Assembly (NCBI GenBank): GCA_002070605.1
Contig: MWDO01000002.1
Coordinates: forward strand, 40,723 to 104,722
Direction: 5' to 3'
Length of the DNA: 64,000 bases
Source of the DNA: Spirochaetes bacterium ADurb.Bin133
GTDB taxonomy: Bacteria > Spirochaetota > GWE2-31-10 > MWDO01
The translations under genes were made by a program, and so were the position numbers. Positions 7,995 through 18,643 of this stretch are shown piece after piece (positions within the stretch are counted from its first letter, which is position 1; each line of letters begins with the position of its first letter). The notes beneath the pieces were generated by a model that saw nothing but the letters and a program-made list of their open reading frames with translations, did not search any database and had not been told where the DNA came from.

Positions 7995-10178
7995 TTACCT
8001 TGATATAATTTTTGTAAAAACTCTACCGTTTTCGTCGTATATTTCAAATTTGATCGTTCGAATATCGTTTTTATATTCGGCTGATTCTTCGTCGTTAAAA
8101 TAAACCTCATAGTCCCCGTCGGATTTTTCTATAAAAATATTTAGATTAATAAATTTGCCTTTTTGAAAATCGTACGTTTCGCCGTCGTCGTCGTAATACA
8201 TATACGACGCTCTATCCGTTACAAAAGCAACCGCTAATAATTCGGTAATTTTTTTCTCTCCGACGTAATTTTGCGGACGCGTCAATACTACTATAGAATT
8301 TTCTTTAACGAAGGTTAACGTTTCGTCAAGTTCGCAATTAATAAAGTAACTTCCGGGATTATATATAGAAACGTCTCTGTCGTCGAAATTTTTTACCTTC
8401 CAACAGAGCCACTTTACATCCGGCAACGTTACGTATCTCCCTCCAGAATTTGGCGTATATATCGGCGCCGCCATAATCGATTCGCCGAACATAAATTGAT
8501 CCTCGATATTCTTTAGTATAGGATCGTCAAAAACAAAAGATACCGGAAGTATCAAACATCTAGAGTTGATAATTGATTTTAAATATTCCGAATAGATATA
8601 CGGTATCAATGCGTATCGAAATTTAATAATATCTCTGATAATGTCCGTAGTCGCGCTATCGAACGCCCAAGGTTCTTGATTTCTAGTTCCTAGAGCGGAG
8701 TGATTTCTAAATAACGGAGAAAAAATTCCAAGTTGCGACCACCTGATAACGAGTTCGGCGCTTGAGTTACACCCAAACCCGCCGATATCGGCCCCCGTAT
8801 AAAAAAAACCGCACATATTAAGAGATTGAAGCATCCTGATATTGACTATGATATGCTCCCACCAGCTTTGATTGTCCCCCATCCATATCGAAGTAAAGCG
8901 GTGAGCGCCGATATAACTGCTTCTTGATAATAAAAGGTATCTTTTATTTCCTAAAAGTTTTTTTAGTCCGTCGGAAGTAGCTAAAGCCATAAAAAATCCA
9001 TATAGATTATGTATTTTATCGTGGCAGATAACTTTCCCGTCGTCTAAATTGTGAAAAAAACTTTGATAATCTTCTCTTTTATTGGACAAACCGTTAACGG
9101 CGTCTTTAATCGAAAAAAAATCAAACCCGGGGTCTTTTTTCTCTTTGATTTTATCGACAAGAGAATAAAAATTTTTTAAACCGTCCGGAGTAAAGAATAT
9201 CGCGGGTTCGTTCATATCGTTCCAAAAAGCGCATATCCCCGACTTTACCATCTCCTCATATAATCCTCCCCACCACTCTCTGACTTTTGAGTTGGCAAAG
9301 TCGGGATAACATGTCGCTCCGGGCCAAACCGTTCCTACAAAATCTAAGCCGTTTTCTTTTTTACAGAAATATCCTTTGCTTTTTCCTTCTTCATAAACTT
9401 CATACCCGTCTTCGATTTTTACCCCCGGATCGATTATAGGAGCTATTTTAAATCCTTTTTCAAGCATTTTAGCTATAAAATCTTCAAAGTCGGGAAATTT
9501 ATTCTCGTCGACGGTAAAAACCTTATAATCCTTCATATAATCTATATCAAGATAGATAACGTCGCATGGTATGTCAAGCGATCTAAATTGATTGCCGATA
9601 GATTCTACCGTTTCCCTATTGGGATAACTCCACCTGCACTGTTGATAACCAAAAGCCCATTTTGGCGGTATATACGGAGTTCCGACAAGACTAAGAAAAG
9701 AGCCGATAATATCAATTTTGTTTTTTGATCTGAATATGTATAAATCAATATCCGTAGAGCTTACTTCGATAGAGAGTAAATTTGTATCCTTAAAGCCGGC
9801 GTCGATTTTTATTTCGGAAGGAGAGTCGATAAAAACCCCGACCGTTTCGTCGCCGTCGATAATAAAGAACGGATGCGAACCGTAGAGCGCTTCTTTTTCA
9901 GGAGTATGCAAAAAATCGTCGCTGGAATAGCACCTATATATCTTTCCTCGTTTATTTAACGAACCGAGATTTTCGCCGAGACCGTATATCGAGTCTCCGG
10001 CGGAGAGCGTTTTGTTGAAAACGACTTTATCAAGTCCGACGTTTTTATCAAAAAGGTAAATATCTTTAACCTCTTTAAAATTTATCTGATCGACGTCGAC
10101 AACTACCGCCCCTGTTTTGAAAGGGTCGCCAAATCTGAAAAGAGTAATGTTTTTAAAAATTTCATATTTTTTGATCAT
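7995..10178 (-). CDS. glycoside hydrolase family 31 alpha-glucosidase
   Basis: WNDMNEP catalytic nucleophile motif, GADIGGF, 727 aa. Confidence 0.88.
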   Translation of the reverse strand: MIKKYEIFKNITLFRFGDPFKTGAVVVDVDQINFKEVKDIYLFDKNVGLDKVVFNKTLSAGDSIYGLGENLGSLNKRGKIYRCYSSDDFLHTPEKEALYGSHPFFIIDGDETVGVFIDSPSEIKIDAGFKDTNLLSIEVSSTDIDLYIFRSKNKIDIIGSFLSLVGTPYIPPKWAFGYQQCRWSYPNRETVESIGNQFRSLDIPCDVIYLDIDYMKDYKVFTVDENKFPDFEDFIAKMLEKGFKIAPIIDPGVKIEDGYEVYEEGKSKGYFCKKENGLDFVGTVWPGATCYPDFANSKVREWWGGLYEEMVKSGICAFWNDMNEPAIFFTPDGLKNFYSLVDKIKEKKDPGFDFFSIKDAVNGLSNKREDYQSFFHNLDDGKVICHDKIHNLYGFFMALATSDGLKKLLGNKRYLLLSRSSYIGAHRFTSIWMGDNQSWWEHIIVNIRMLQSLNMCGFFYTGADIGGFGCNSSAELVIRWSQLGIFSPLFRNHSALGTRNQEPWAFDSATTDIIRDIIKFRYALIPYIYSEYLKSIINSRCLILPVSFVFDDPILKNIEDQFMFGESIMAAPIYTPNSGGRYVTLPDVKWLCWKVKNFDDRDVSIYNPGSYFINCELDETLTFVKENSIVVLTRPQNYVGEKKITELLAVAFVTDRASYMYYDDDGETYDFQKGKFINLNIFIEKSDGDYEVYFNDEESAEYKNDIRTIKFEIYDENGRVFTKIISR

Positions 10179-10191
10179 ATATTATCCTTTT

Positions 10192-10902
10192 TTAAGAGAT
10201 ATTTATTTTACTTTTACCGGAAATATATCCGTCGTAGCCGTTTTTTCTCAATATACACGCGGGACAAGCTCCGCACCCTTTGCCGTACGGCCGCATAGTC
10301 TCGACTCCGTTGTAACAAGTCATGGTTTTTAATAGAACGACGTCGAGACATCCCAGCTCTTCGGCTAACCGGAATTCATCCGACTTTGTAAGACGCATAA
10401 GGGGGGTATGTATCTCTAAGTTTTTACCCTCAAAATCGGTAGAGAGATTTAACGCTACCTGACACGCTTTGATAAAGACGTCCCTGCAATCGGCGTATCC
10501 CGAATAGTCCGTTTCGCATACCCCTATTACGAGATTCTGCGCGCCTATTGTCGACGCGTACCCCGCCGCTACGGTTAAAAAAAGCATATTTCTATAAGGA
10601 ACAAAACTTGACGGGAGGTTCGCGTCTAATTTGTGCTTTTCATTTACGTCGTCTTTTCCTATAAAAAGATTGGATATCAATATATCCTTTATAAAAGAGA
10701 GGTCGACGATCTTATGGCTTAAACTCAAGTCTAAACATATATTCTTTATTACGTCGAGTTCGATTTTGTGTTTTTGGTTGTAATCAAAAGATATAACGTC
10801 TACCTGTTTGAAACGTCGTAGAGCCCAATAAAGCGACACCGTAGAATCCATGCCTCCGCTTGCCAATACAAGAGCGCTCTCGTTTGCAAGAAGATTTATC
10901 AT
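10192..10902 (-). CDS. queC: 7-cyano-7-deazaguanine synthase
   Basis: LASGGMDSTV PP-loop, C-terminal CGACPAC zinc motif, 236 aa. Confidence 0.9.
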   Translation of the reverse strand: MINLLANESALVLASGGMDSTVSLYWALRRFKQVDVISFDYNQKHKIELDVIKNICLDLSLSHKIVDLSFIKDILISNLFIGKDDVNEKHKLDANLPSSFVPYRNMLFLTVAAGYASTIGAQNLVIGVCETDYSGYADCRDVFIKACQVALNLSTDFEGKNLEIHTPLMRLTKSDEFRLAEELGCLDVVLLKTMTCYNGVETMRPYGKGCGACPACILRKNGYDGYISGKSKINIS

Positions 10903-11558
10903 ACGCCTCTCCTCTCCCCCCAGATAATCTTATGAAGTTGAATGGAGAGTTTTACCGGCAGTCGGTTATTAATAATAAACTCCGCGAGGCGAAACAATTC
11001 GATTTTTCCCCATTGCGGCGATAGATATATGCTTATGAAGGGATTTCTTTTTAGAATATAGTCGATTTTATCGCGAGTCCAATCAAGGTCCTCCTCGCCG
11101 ACTACAAATTTTACGCAGTCGTTATACATCCTCAAATTTTTAACGTTTCCCTTGCAAAAGCTATTTGCGCAGCCGGACGACGGCGTTTTCCAATCCAACA
11201 CATAATGGACGTTCTTATTTGAGAAGTCGGATATCTCTATAGACCCGTTTGTTTCAATATAGAAATTCAGGTAATCAAAATATTCGGCAATTTTATTTAT
11301 TACTATCTCTTTTTTATTTAAAAGCGGTTCGCCTCCGGTAAAAAGTATCTTAATATCGGAATAAATTCTAACGATCTGTTCGATATCTTCAATTATATCT
11401 TCCAAACTCATCCGATATTGAACTTCGTCCTTATAAATAGAGTCGCAATAAGAACACGACAGATTGCACCCGGAAAATCTAACGAGATACGTAGGTTCGC
11501 CGATTATCGGAGCCTCTCCGCTAATAGTTATATACTTCTCGCAAATATTCAACATCAA
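10899..11558 (-). CDS. queE: 7-carboxy-7-deazaguanine synthase (radical SAM)
   Basis: CNLSCSYCDS cluster motif, 219 aa, overlaps queC and queD by 4 nt (operon). Confidence 0.88.
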   Translation of the reverse strand: MMLNICEKYITISGEAPIIGEPTYLVRFSGCNLSCSYCDSIYKDEVQYRMSLEDIIEDIEQIVRIYSDIKILFTGGEPLLNKKEIVINKIAEYFDYLNFYIETNGSIEISDFSNKNVHYVLDWKTPSSGCANSFCKGNVKNLRMYNDCVKFVVGEEDLDWTRDKIDYILKRNPFISIYLSPQWGKIELFRLAEFIINNRLPVKLSIQLHKIIWGERRGV

Positions 11559-11944
11559 AAACCGCCTATTTCGCAGTAAGATTTTTTAGATACAACTTTT
11601 TCATACACCCGAACTTTAAAGCTTAGTTCCGGTCTGGCGTCGATTAATTCGGTATAAATATATTTAGCAATATTTTCGACGCTGGGACTTTCGGTAAATA
11701 GTTCGTTTAAATTTGCATGGTCAATTTTTTTTATTATTCGTTTAAGATTGCCGAAATCCCATAATATCCCGGACTTGTCTTTATACTTTTCGTCCCCTCT
11801 GACCCAGACCGAGACTTTCCACGTATGTCCGTGAGGAAAAGCGCACTTGCCTTCATAATTGCAAAGATGATGTGAAGAATCAAAAAAATCTTCCGTATAC
11901 AGCGTTAAAATCATTAAAAGATTCCTAGAATTTATAAGTATCAT
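11555..11944 (-). CDS. queD: 6-carboxy-5,6,7,8-tetrahydropterin synthase
   Basis: CAFPHGHTW zinc motif, 129 aa, operon with queE/queC. Confidence 0.85.
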   Translation of the reverse strand: MILINSRNLLMILTLYTEDFFDSSHHLCNYEGKCAFPHGHTWKVSVWVRGDEKYKDKSGILWDFGNLKRIIKKIDHANLNELFTESPSVENIAKYIYTELIDARPELSFKVRVYEKVVSKKSYCEIGGF

Positions 11945-11990
11945 TTTTTATTTTACTTTTCAATATAATTGTAGTACTATTTATTTTATT

Positions 11991-12371
11991 ATGAGAAAGA
12001 CAAAAATAGAATCGAAAGATATCGCGCCGCCGGTCGGACCTTACAATCACGCCGTATCAGTATCTAAGTTGATATTTCTATCGGGGCAGATACCTCTTGA
12101 TAAAAACGGTTCGCTTGTTGCCGAAGGCGTAAAAGAGCAAACTCTCCAATGTTTAAATAATATTGAAGCCGTTTTAAAAACGGTAGGTAAAAATAGAGAA
12201 GATATAGTTAAAACTACGATATTTTTGGTTAATATGAATGATTTTAACGAAGTTAACGCCGTTTATAGCGCTTTTTTTGAAAATACCGTATACCCTGCGA
12301 GAACTACCGTCGAAGTCGGCCGTCTCCCAAGAGAGGCAAAGATAGAGATTGAGGCGATAGCGGCTTATTAA
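11991..12371 (+). CDS. ridA: RidA/YjgF family reactive-enamine deaminase
   Basis: 126 aa; GPYNHAV and PARTTVEVGRLP signature regions. Confidence 0.85.
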   Translation: MRKTKIESKDIAPPVGPYNHAVSVSKLIFLSGQIPLDKNGSLVAEGVKEQTLQCLNNIEAVLKTVGKNREDIVKTTIFLVNMNDFNEVNAVYSAFFENTVYPARTTVEVGRLPREAKIEIEAIAAY

Positions 12372-13597
12372 TTGGCTATTATCTCTTCAATATTTATATC
12401 TTCTTTTCGCGTAAAATAATATTTTTCGAGGCGCGAACTGATTACTGAAAACTCTTTTGTAGTCATATAGTGAACGTTTAACAGCCTTTTGATAACGATA
12501 TTTTCTATGTCGGACAATTTTAGATGAGAGACGTCTTTTCTTAAAAAAAAGCGTTTCATACCGTCGTCGTCTGATATAACGATTCTTTCGGTTTCAAGAA
12601 TATCAAAAATTAATGATATGTCGTCTTTGTTGGAGTTGTATTTACTGGATAAAAGTTCGATAGATATACCGTTTCCGACGTACATAAAGTCTTTGTAAAA
12701 ATCGCTGAGGATTAGCAAGATATATGCGACGTCGAAGATGAAATTTCGTTTGAATTTTATATTTTCAATATACAACTTGTTTTGCCAGACGTTGAGAAAC
12801 TCCGCGCCAAAAATAAGCGTCGTCCAGTTAAAAGAAATCCAAAGCATGAAAAATATCAGCGCGACGATAGAGCCGTATATAGTCCACGTTTGTATAAAAA
12901 ATTTTGAATAGTATGTAAAAATTAATCTTAATACTATCCAGCTTAAAGAAACTAACGCCGAAACAACCAACGCTTTGCCGATATGAACTTTTGTATTTGG
13001 TATCGCGAAAAACAGAAAAAAAATAAACGCTTCCAGTAAAAGCAGAATAAAAAAGGAGTAGTAAATCTCGTCTGTATTTATAATAGAAGTTAATGGGATA
13101 ACGAAAGATCTAACGATACCGGAATAGTAAAAATATCCGCCAAGTATGATGGGAGTAACGGTTAGTAGCGCCCAATAAATAAGGAATTTTTGTAAAAAAG
13201 TTCTTCTCGAGCTTATAGACCATATTTTATTTATGGCGTTATCGAGAGATATGAATAAATCAAGCGATATGTACAAAGTAGCGATTATCCCGACGACGCT
13301 CAAAACGTTGATTTTTGATAAAAAGGAATCCACAAATTCGTTTATATCGTCTACGTATGTAGGAAGAACATATTTTAGCACGATTTCAATTATTTTTTCT
13401 CTATAAAGCGCAAAAGAAGGAAATATAGAGGATATGGCTAAAATTATCGCCAAAACCGGAATAATAGCGAATATTGTTTTGTAAGCCAATCCGTTTGATA
13501 TAAGGATGTCGCGGTTTTCATTGAATCTTAAGATCGTAACTTTTAGCATCTTAACCGTTTTCAACGTTTTTTCTTTAAAAATATTGAAAAGGTTCAT
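12368..13597 (-). CDS. YihY/BrkB family inner-membrane protein with C-terminal extension
   Basis: characteristic YihY N-terminal region and 6 TM helices; 409 aa. Confidence 0.7.
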   Translation of the reverse strand: MNLFNIFKEKTLKTVKMLKVTILRFNENRDILISNGLAYKTIFAIIPVLAIILAISSIFPSFALYREKIIEIVLKYVLPTYVDDINEFVDSFLSKINVLSVVGIIATLYISLDLFISLDNAINKIWSISSRRTFLQKFLIYWALLTVTPIILGGYFYYSGIVRSFVIPLTSIINTDEIYYSFFILLLLEAFIFFLFFAIPNTKVHIGKALVVSALVSLSWIVLRLIFTYYSKFFIQTWTIYGSIVALIFFMLWISFNWTTLIFGAEFLNVWQNKLYIENIKFKRNFIFDVAYILLILSDFYKDFMYVGNGISIELLSSKYNSNKDDISLIFDILETERIVISDDDGMKRFFLRKDVSHLKLSDIENIVIKRLLNVHYMTTKEFSVISSRLEKYYFTRKEDINIEEIIAN

Positions 13598-14013
13598 GGC
13601 TCCTCCTTATTAGAATTTAGATCTCGCAGAGAATCGTAAGGATATAGCGCGCCTATCGACAGTATTTCATATTCCATGCTTTTATTAGCCATTATTATCG
13701 TAACGTCCGATCCAAATTCGCTGATAAATTGTCTGCATATCCCGCACGGCGGTAAAATCTCCGCGCTGTCAAGACCGATTACGGCTAGAGCCGAATAATC
13801 TTTGACCCCCTCGGATACCGCTTTGACGATAGCCGTCCGTTCGGCGCAAATCGTTCCGCCGAACGACCTGTTTTCGACGTTTGTTCCGGTAAATATCCTT
13901 CCGTCTTTTGCGAGAAGAGCCGCTCCGACTCGGAATAAAGAATAGGGAGAATAACTATTTAGAGCGGCTTGAGAAGCCGTCGTTATCAAATTAATTATAT
14001 CCTTTTCCTTCAT
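13594..14013 (-). CDS. cdd: cytidine deaminase
   Basis: CAERTAI and PCGICRQ zinc-binding motifs, 139 aa. Confidence 0.9.
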   Translation of the reverse strand: MKEKDIINLITTASQAALNSYSPYSLFRVGAALLAKDGRIFTGTNVENRSFGGTICAERTAIVKAVSEGVKDYSALAVIGLDSAEILPPCGICRQFISEFGSDVTIIMANKSMEYEILSIGALYPYDSLRDLNSNKEEP

Positions 14014-14022
14014 TGTATATTC

Positions 14023-15120
14023 TTAATTTGTAATATTTTCTTTTGGTTTAATACTTATCAGTTTACTGATAGGCTTCAAGAATTCTATGTTTTGGCATAT
14101 GGAGTTTATAGCGCTCATTAATGGAACGGCAAGAAAAACGCCGACTATGCCCCAGACGAATCCCCACACCAGTAAAGATACGAAAATAATAAACGGAGTG
14201 AGATTTACTCCTTTGCTCATAAATTTTGGTTCGATTATATTTCCCATTACAATTTGTACTACGATGAGGCAAATCGAAAGAAATATAAGATGCAGGATGT
14301 TCTGATACTGCGCGAAAGATATCATTATAGGAAACATAACCGCAATGATCGATCCGAGAATCGGAATATAATTTAACAAAAATATTGTAAAACTCCATAA
14401 AAATGCGTATTTTACTCGAAATAGCGCTAATATTACAAAACTTATCAATGCGGTAACTAAGCTTATTATAGTTTTGACAACCATATAATTTTGAATCTGT
14501 CCTTTAATTTTAATAATTATCTTGTTGATTTTATTACCCTTATCCCCGGGAAAAGAGTCGGATATTCTATCGCTAATCTTCCCCATACCCGGCAATATAA
14601 ATATCAAAGCCAGCGCGTATAAACCGAAACTTCTTAGAACGTCTATAGTTTTACCTAAAGGAGCGACTATGTAATTCTTAAAATTCTCAATAGAAAATAT
14701 AGCCGCCGCTAAATTAAAAATAATTTGATTAATCCTCTCTTGATCTATGTATTTTTTAACAAATTCGATTTTTGAAAGGTCTTTGACAAAATTTACAAAA
14801 TTAGACTGAAAATTATCCGCTATACCGCCGGACTTTGTAAAATCTACGACAAAACTTCCAAACGAAAGCCCGAATATAGTAAGAAGTATAGCGACAATCA
14901 GTATAGCCGACGAAACCACAATGACGGCGGAGAGCCATTTGGGAAGTTTTGTTTTATATAGTTTCTCGATAAAAGGCTGTATAACTAGAGACGTAAAAAA
15001 AGCTATGAATATTGGGACGACAAATGACTTCATTTTATGAGTCAAAAAGAGTAGAATCAAAATAATTAGTAAGCATAGAATAAACAGCATATTTATTAAA
15101 ATTTTTCTAAAAGATATCAT
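14023..15120 (-). CDS. AI-2E family transporter (UPF0118/PerM-like)
   Basis: 365 aa polytopic membrane protein with typical AI-2E topology and conserved C-terminal region. Confidence 0.65.
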   Translation of the reverse strand: MISFRKILINMLFILCLLIILILLFLTHKMKSFVVPIFIAFFTSLVIQPFIEKLYKTKLPKWLSAVIVVSSAILIVAILLTIFGLSFGSFVVDFTKSGGIADNFQSNFVNFVKDLSKIEFVKKYIDQERINQIIFNLAAAIFSIENFKNYIVAPLGKTIDVLRSFGLYALALIFILPGMGKISDRISDSFPGDKGNKINKIIIKIKGQIQNYMVVKTIISLVTALISFVILALFRVKYAFLWSFTIFLLNYIPILGSIIAVMFPIMISFAQYQNILHLIFLSICLIVVQIVMGNIIEPKFMSKGVNLTPFIIFVSLLVWGFVWGIVGVFLAVPLMSAINSICQNIEFLKPISKLISIKPKENITN

Positions 15121-15327
15121 TCTTAATTAACTTCCCCAAAACAAATTTGCCGGCGGAGACTTTTTCCCCGGTCCGACATAACCTATATATCGAAATTTAT
15201 CTTTATAATATTGAAGAAAATCAGAAATTATTATATCCTGTAGCCATATTAGAGTCGAGCGCTTTCTACCGATTCTCTTAAATTTTCAAGGTTTGGTAAA
15301 ATGAATTGGTAAAATAAAATCGATAAT

Positions 15328-17574
15328 TTGACTATGAAAAAAATTTTATTACTCTTTTCTTTTTTTTTATATATTTTTTCAATTTTTTCAAACGAACCGG
15401 ATAAAATAAATTTTCACAAAGACTACTCTTTTCTGTATTCTCTGTATCATCCTTGCGACGAAGGCTCGAATAACGAAAAAAAATTAATTAATTACGTTAA
15501 AACCGTCTGCGAAGAGAATAATCTAAACTATCAAATAAAAGATATATCTTTTGAAAACGAATACGTATCTTACTCAAAGAATATAGAAATTGAAATAAAT
15601 GATAATCCGGATCAAGAGCGCGTCGTTTTTATCTGCCCGTTAAATTCTATCTCTATAAACCAAAAAACATTAGATAATTCTCTATCAATTCAAGTTGCGC
15701 TAGAATTAATGTTAAAAATTAATGAAACGAAAGATTCTTTTAATAAAAACTATCTCTTTCTGTTTTCCGGAGCGGTGGGTTACGACGACGACGCTTATTT
15801 GGGATTTCAGAAATTTCTTGAAGATTCGGAGCGTTATAAAAACTCAGTCGTCAATATAATCGACGTCTTAAGCATAAATAACGCGATAAAATTCAAGGGA
15901 AGTATGAATAACCGGAAAATTCCTGAAAATTTACTTGAAATATTTTTGAAGGTCTTTTCCGATTCCAAATCGGTATTTCTCGACGTCGAAGAGATCGACA
16001 GAACCAGATTTAATCTTATATCTTACGATAATTACGCAACTTATTTTTTAAAAAACGATATAACTACGGTAATATTTTCAAATCGGGAAAATATTACCGT
16101 AGATCAATTTTATTTTAATTTAGGACTTCAAAAAGAATTAATTAATTATTTATACTTATGGGCGCTAAACTTAGACAATTTAAAATTTCCCGTTGAAAAA
16201 AGTTATAACTACCAAATATTTAAATTTTTTGGCAAATACTTCATATTAAAAGAGAAGTATCAAATACTATTATTTGTCGTTCTAATTTTTGCAGTAATTT
16301 TGGTAAGAACGTTTATTCCGCTTTTTCAAAGGGTTAGAATAGTATTTATTCTAAAAATACTGCCAAATTTTTTATTTCTATTTATTTTATTCTATATTTT
16401 AAGCCTTATCCCGTTTATATTGACGTTTCCGATAGGTTTGATAATAAAAAGCCGTCAGATTTATATGAATATGCCGCTTTTGTATCTATGCAGTATTTTT
16501 TTTATTCCTCTTGTGATTATTCTTATATTAAAGGACTCAAAACTATCCTTTTTTTTCCCAAAACACAACTATTTATATATTATCGCGTCGCTCATTTTTT
16601 TAACGATAAATATATTTTTAATTGCGCTAATAGATTTTTCGATGATATATATTTTTCTTTGGTCTATAATAATGATTACGTTTTCCAATTTTACAGGTAG
16701 AAATTTTATTTTAAAACTACTTTTTTATCTATTGTCCCCTCTTCCGATGATTTTATTAATTATCAAACTTTTTTATTTTAGCGACGTCCAACTTGTAAAA
16801 AACATATTGGAAAATATTTTCTTGCAAAATTTCTTTTTTTGCATAATATTTTATCCGTTTATACTACTGGCGATAAGAACAATTATTATATTAAAAAGCG
16901 TTTTTAAAATATTCGTCAACAGAGCGAGATACGCGGTAATTTTATCCGTTTTCTTAACGGCAATGTTGATCTTTTTTATTTTGATCTCCTTAAATCTCAG
17001 TTTGGAAGAGCGGGAAATAAAAATAACCAAAACTTCAAATCTTATAAAAAATTCCACCTCCATCGATATTAATTCTAATCTAAATATCGGCGAATTATCC
17101 ATAGACGGCAGTTCGGATATTCTCAAGACGAATATAAAAGACAAAGAATTCCACTATGAAATTATCTCTTACGAGAAACCCTACGAAGTTTACTACAAAA
17201 CAAGAAACATAGGATCAAACAAAAAAATTACCGTCAAATTTAGCGCCGAATCAAAAATTAAGTATTTGGATCTCTACGTTTTATTACAAAAAAACGGATA
17301 TCCGTATGAATCAAATTTTAACGTTAAAAAAATCGAAAATCTATTCTTTACTTACGATAAGAATTTATTCGACGTATTTAAGTTTATGATCCCTAGAAAT
17401 CCTCGTCCCGATATTGAAATATCGTTTAATATTATGAGAAATAAAAATTTCGAGTTGTATTTGAAAGTTGAAACAGACGATATAAAATCTCCAAAAATTT
17501 TAATTCGTAGCGATAATAATTTGATAATCCAAAAAAGCGTCTATTACGATACGATATATCAATCTTTAGATTAA
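15328..17574 (+). CDS. large polytopic membrane protein with N-terminal signal peptide and degenerate M28-peptidase-like periplasmic domain
   Basis: 748 aa; FLFSGAVGYDDDAYLGF resembles M28 FxxGAEExGLxGS region but lacks EE; about 10 TM helices; soluble C-terminal domain. Confidence 0.4.
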   Translation: MTMKKILLLFSFFLYIFSIFSNEPDKINFHKDYSFLYSLYHPCDEGSNNEKKLINYVKTVCEENNLNYQIKDISFENEYVSYSKNIEIEINDNPDQERVVFICPLNSISINQKTLDNSLSIQVALELMLKINETKDSFNKNYLFLFSGAVGYDDDAYLGFQKFLEDSERYKNSVVNIIDVLSINNAIKFKGSMNNRKIPENLLEIFLKVFSDSKSVFLDVEEIDRTRFNLISYDNYATYFLKNDITTVIFSNRENITVDQFYFNLGLQKELINYLYLWALNLDNLKFPVEKSYNYQIFKFFGKYFILKEKYQILLFVVLIFAVILVRTFIPLFQRVRIVFILKILPNFLFLFILFYILSLIPFILTFPIGLIIKSRQIYMNMPLLYLCSIFFIPLVIILILKDSKLSFFFPKHNYLYIIASLIFLTINIFLIALIDFSMIYIFLWSIIMITFSNFTGRNFILKLLFYLLSPLPMILLIIKLFYFSDVQLVKNILENIFLQNFFFCIIFYPFILLAIRTIIILKSVFKIFVNRARYAVILSVFLTAMLIFFILISLNLSLEEREIKITKTSNLIKNSTSIDINSNLNIGELSIDGSSDILKTNIKDKEFHYEIISYEKPYEVYYKTRNIGSNKKITVKFSAESKIKYLDLYVLLQKNGYPYESNFNVKKIENLFFTYDKNLFDVFKFMIPRNPRPDIEISFNIMRNKNFELYLKVETDDIKSPKILIRSDNNLIIQKSVYYDTIYQSLD

Positions 17575-18530
17575 TATAAAGGAGCGTTAATCATTTTTTC
17601 GTTTTTTAAATCAAATCTACATAGATAAAACTGATTTTGGGATTTATAAAAATTGTAACCTATAAAATAAACGGCATCCTCGACGATCTTAATTATCTTA
17701 TAAACCCCGGTATAAGTCTGTATTGTCTCTAAATATTTCAAATTCTTATCATACTTAATAAAAAACGTATTATACTCGTCGTCGATAATCGGTATATACA
17801 AATTATCTTTGTAAAATCCTTTTCCAAAATAGTAGTAATCGTTATTAAATATTTGTTCCGCCAATAAATCTATTTTCTCAATTTTATTATTTTTTATAAT
17901 ACGAGTTTTTTTGAATTTTGACCCTTTAGGCGTCGACGAATTATAAACTATTAACGAATCGTCGATTTTTATATATTTAAAAAAATCGCGTTCATGTTTC
18001 TCGCTAATTACTTCGGTTATTTGAAAATTATTTAAGCCGATTTTATAAATAATATTGTTGTTTTTATAACTATTTCCAAATAAATATAAATCTTCGTCGT
18101 TTATAAAATAATCGGTATAGATAACGTTTACGTTAACGACCCGACCGACTGAAAAATTTTTACAACGATTATGCGAATAAATTTTAATTTCGGATTGATA
18201 AGCGCTATTTAGTCTGTTAGGTATGAAAAATAGATGTTTTTCGGTCAATATATATGTCAAACCGTCGTTATCGGAAATAATAGGGATCAATTTGTTATTT
18301 TCAAATTTTGACAGACTTATCCCCCCCTTAAAACTTTCGATAAAATAATACTCCCCTTCGACGAAGTAAAAATCTTTTAAAATAAGATTGTTTCCTTTAT
18401 ATAATCTTTTAAAATTGACGTCTTCCGAGTCCGAAATATAAATACTATTTTCGTACGGAAAAATTATTTTCTCGCCAAAAACGTAATTCGCAGATAAAAA
18501 CGCAATAAGCAATAACAAATATTTTTTCAT
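17571..18530 (-). CDS. secreted hypothetical protein (Tyr/Asn-rich, beta-rich)
   Basis: signal peptide MKKYLLLLIAFLSANYVFG; no homology recognised. Confidence 0.45.
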   Translation of the reverse strand: MKKYLLLLIAFLSANYVFGEKIIFPYENSIYISDSEDVNFKRLYKGNNLILKDFYFVEGEYYFIESFKGGISLSKFENNKLIPIISDNDGLTYILTEKHLFFIPNRLNSAYQSEIKIYSHNRCKNFSVGRVVNVNVIYTDYFINDEDLYLFGNSYKNNNIIYKIGLNNFQITEVISEKHERDFFKYIKIDDSLIVYNSSTPKGSKFKKTRIIKNNKIEKIDLLAEQIFNNDYYYFGKGFYKDNLYIPIIDDEYNTFFIKYDKNLKYLETIQTYTGVYKIIKIVEDAVYFIGYNFYKSQNQFYLCRFDLKNEKMINAPLY

Positions 18531-18643
18531 TTTTACCTCCCCTAAACTATTCTTTCAAACAAATTATATAACGCCGAGATTTATATCGAACGATGAACGA
18601 TATAATACGCCCGGCGTTTTTTAAATTTTAACAATTATATATT

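Noticed and set aside
15133-15160. CCCCAAAACAAATTTGCCGGCGG and the similar AAAACCGACGGGCGCC at 32018-32035, possibly solo arms of the repeat family
   Set aside because: They are too short and divergent to call confidently. They may be chance matches to the A-run plus CCGRCGG arm motif.
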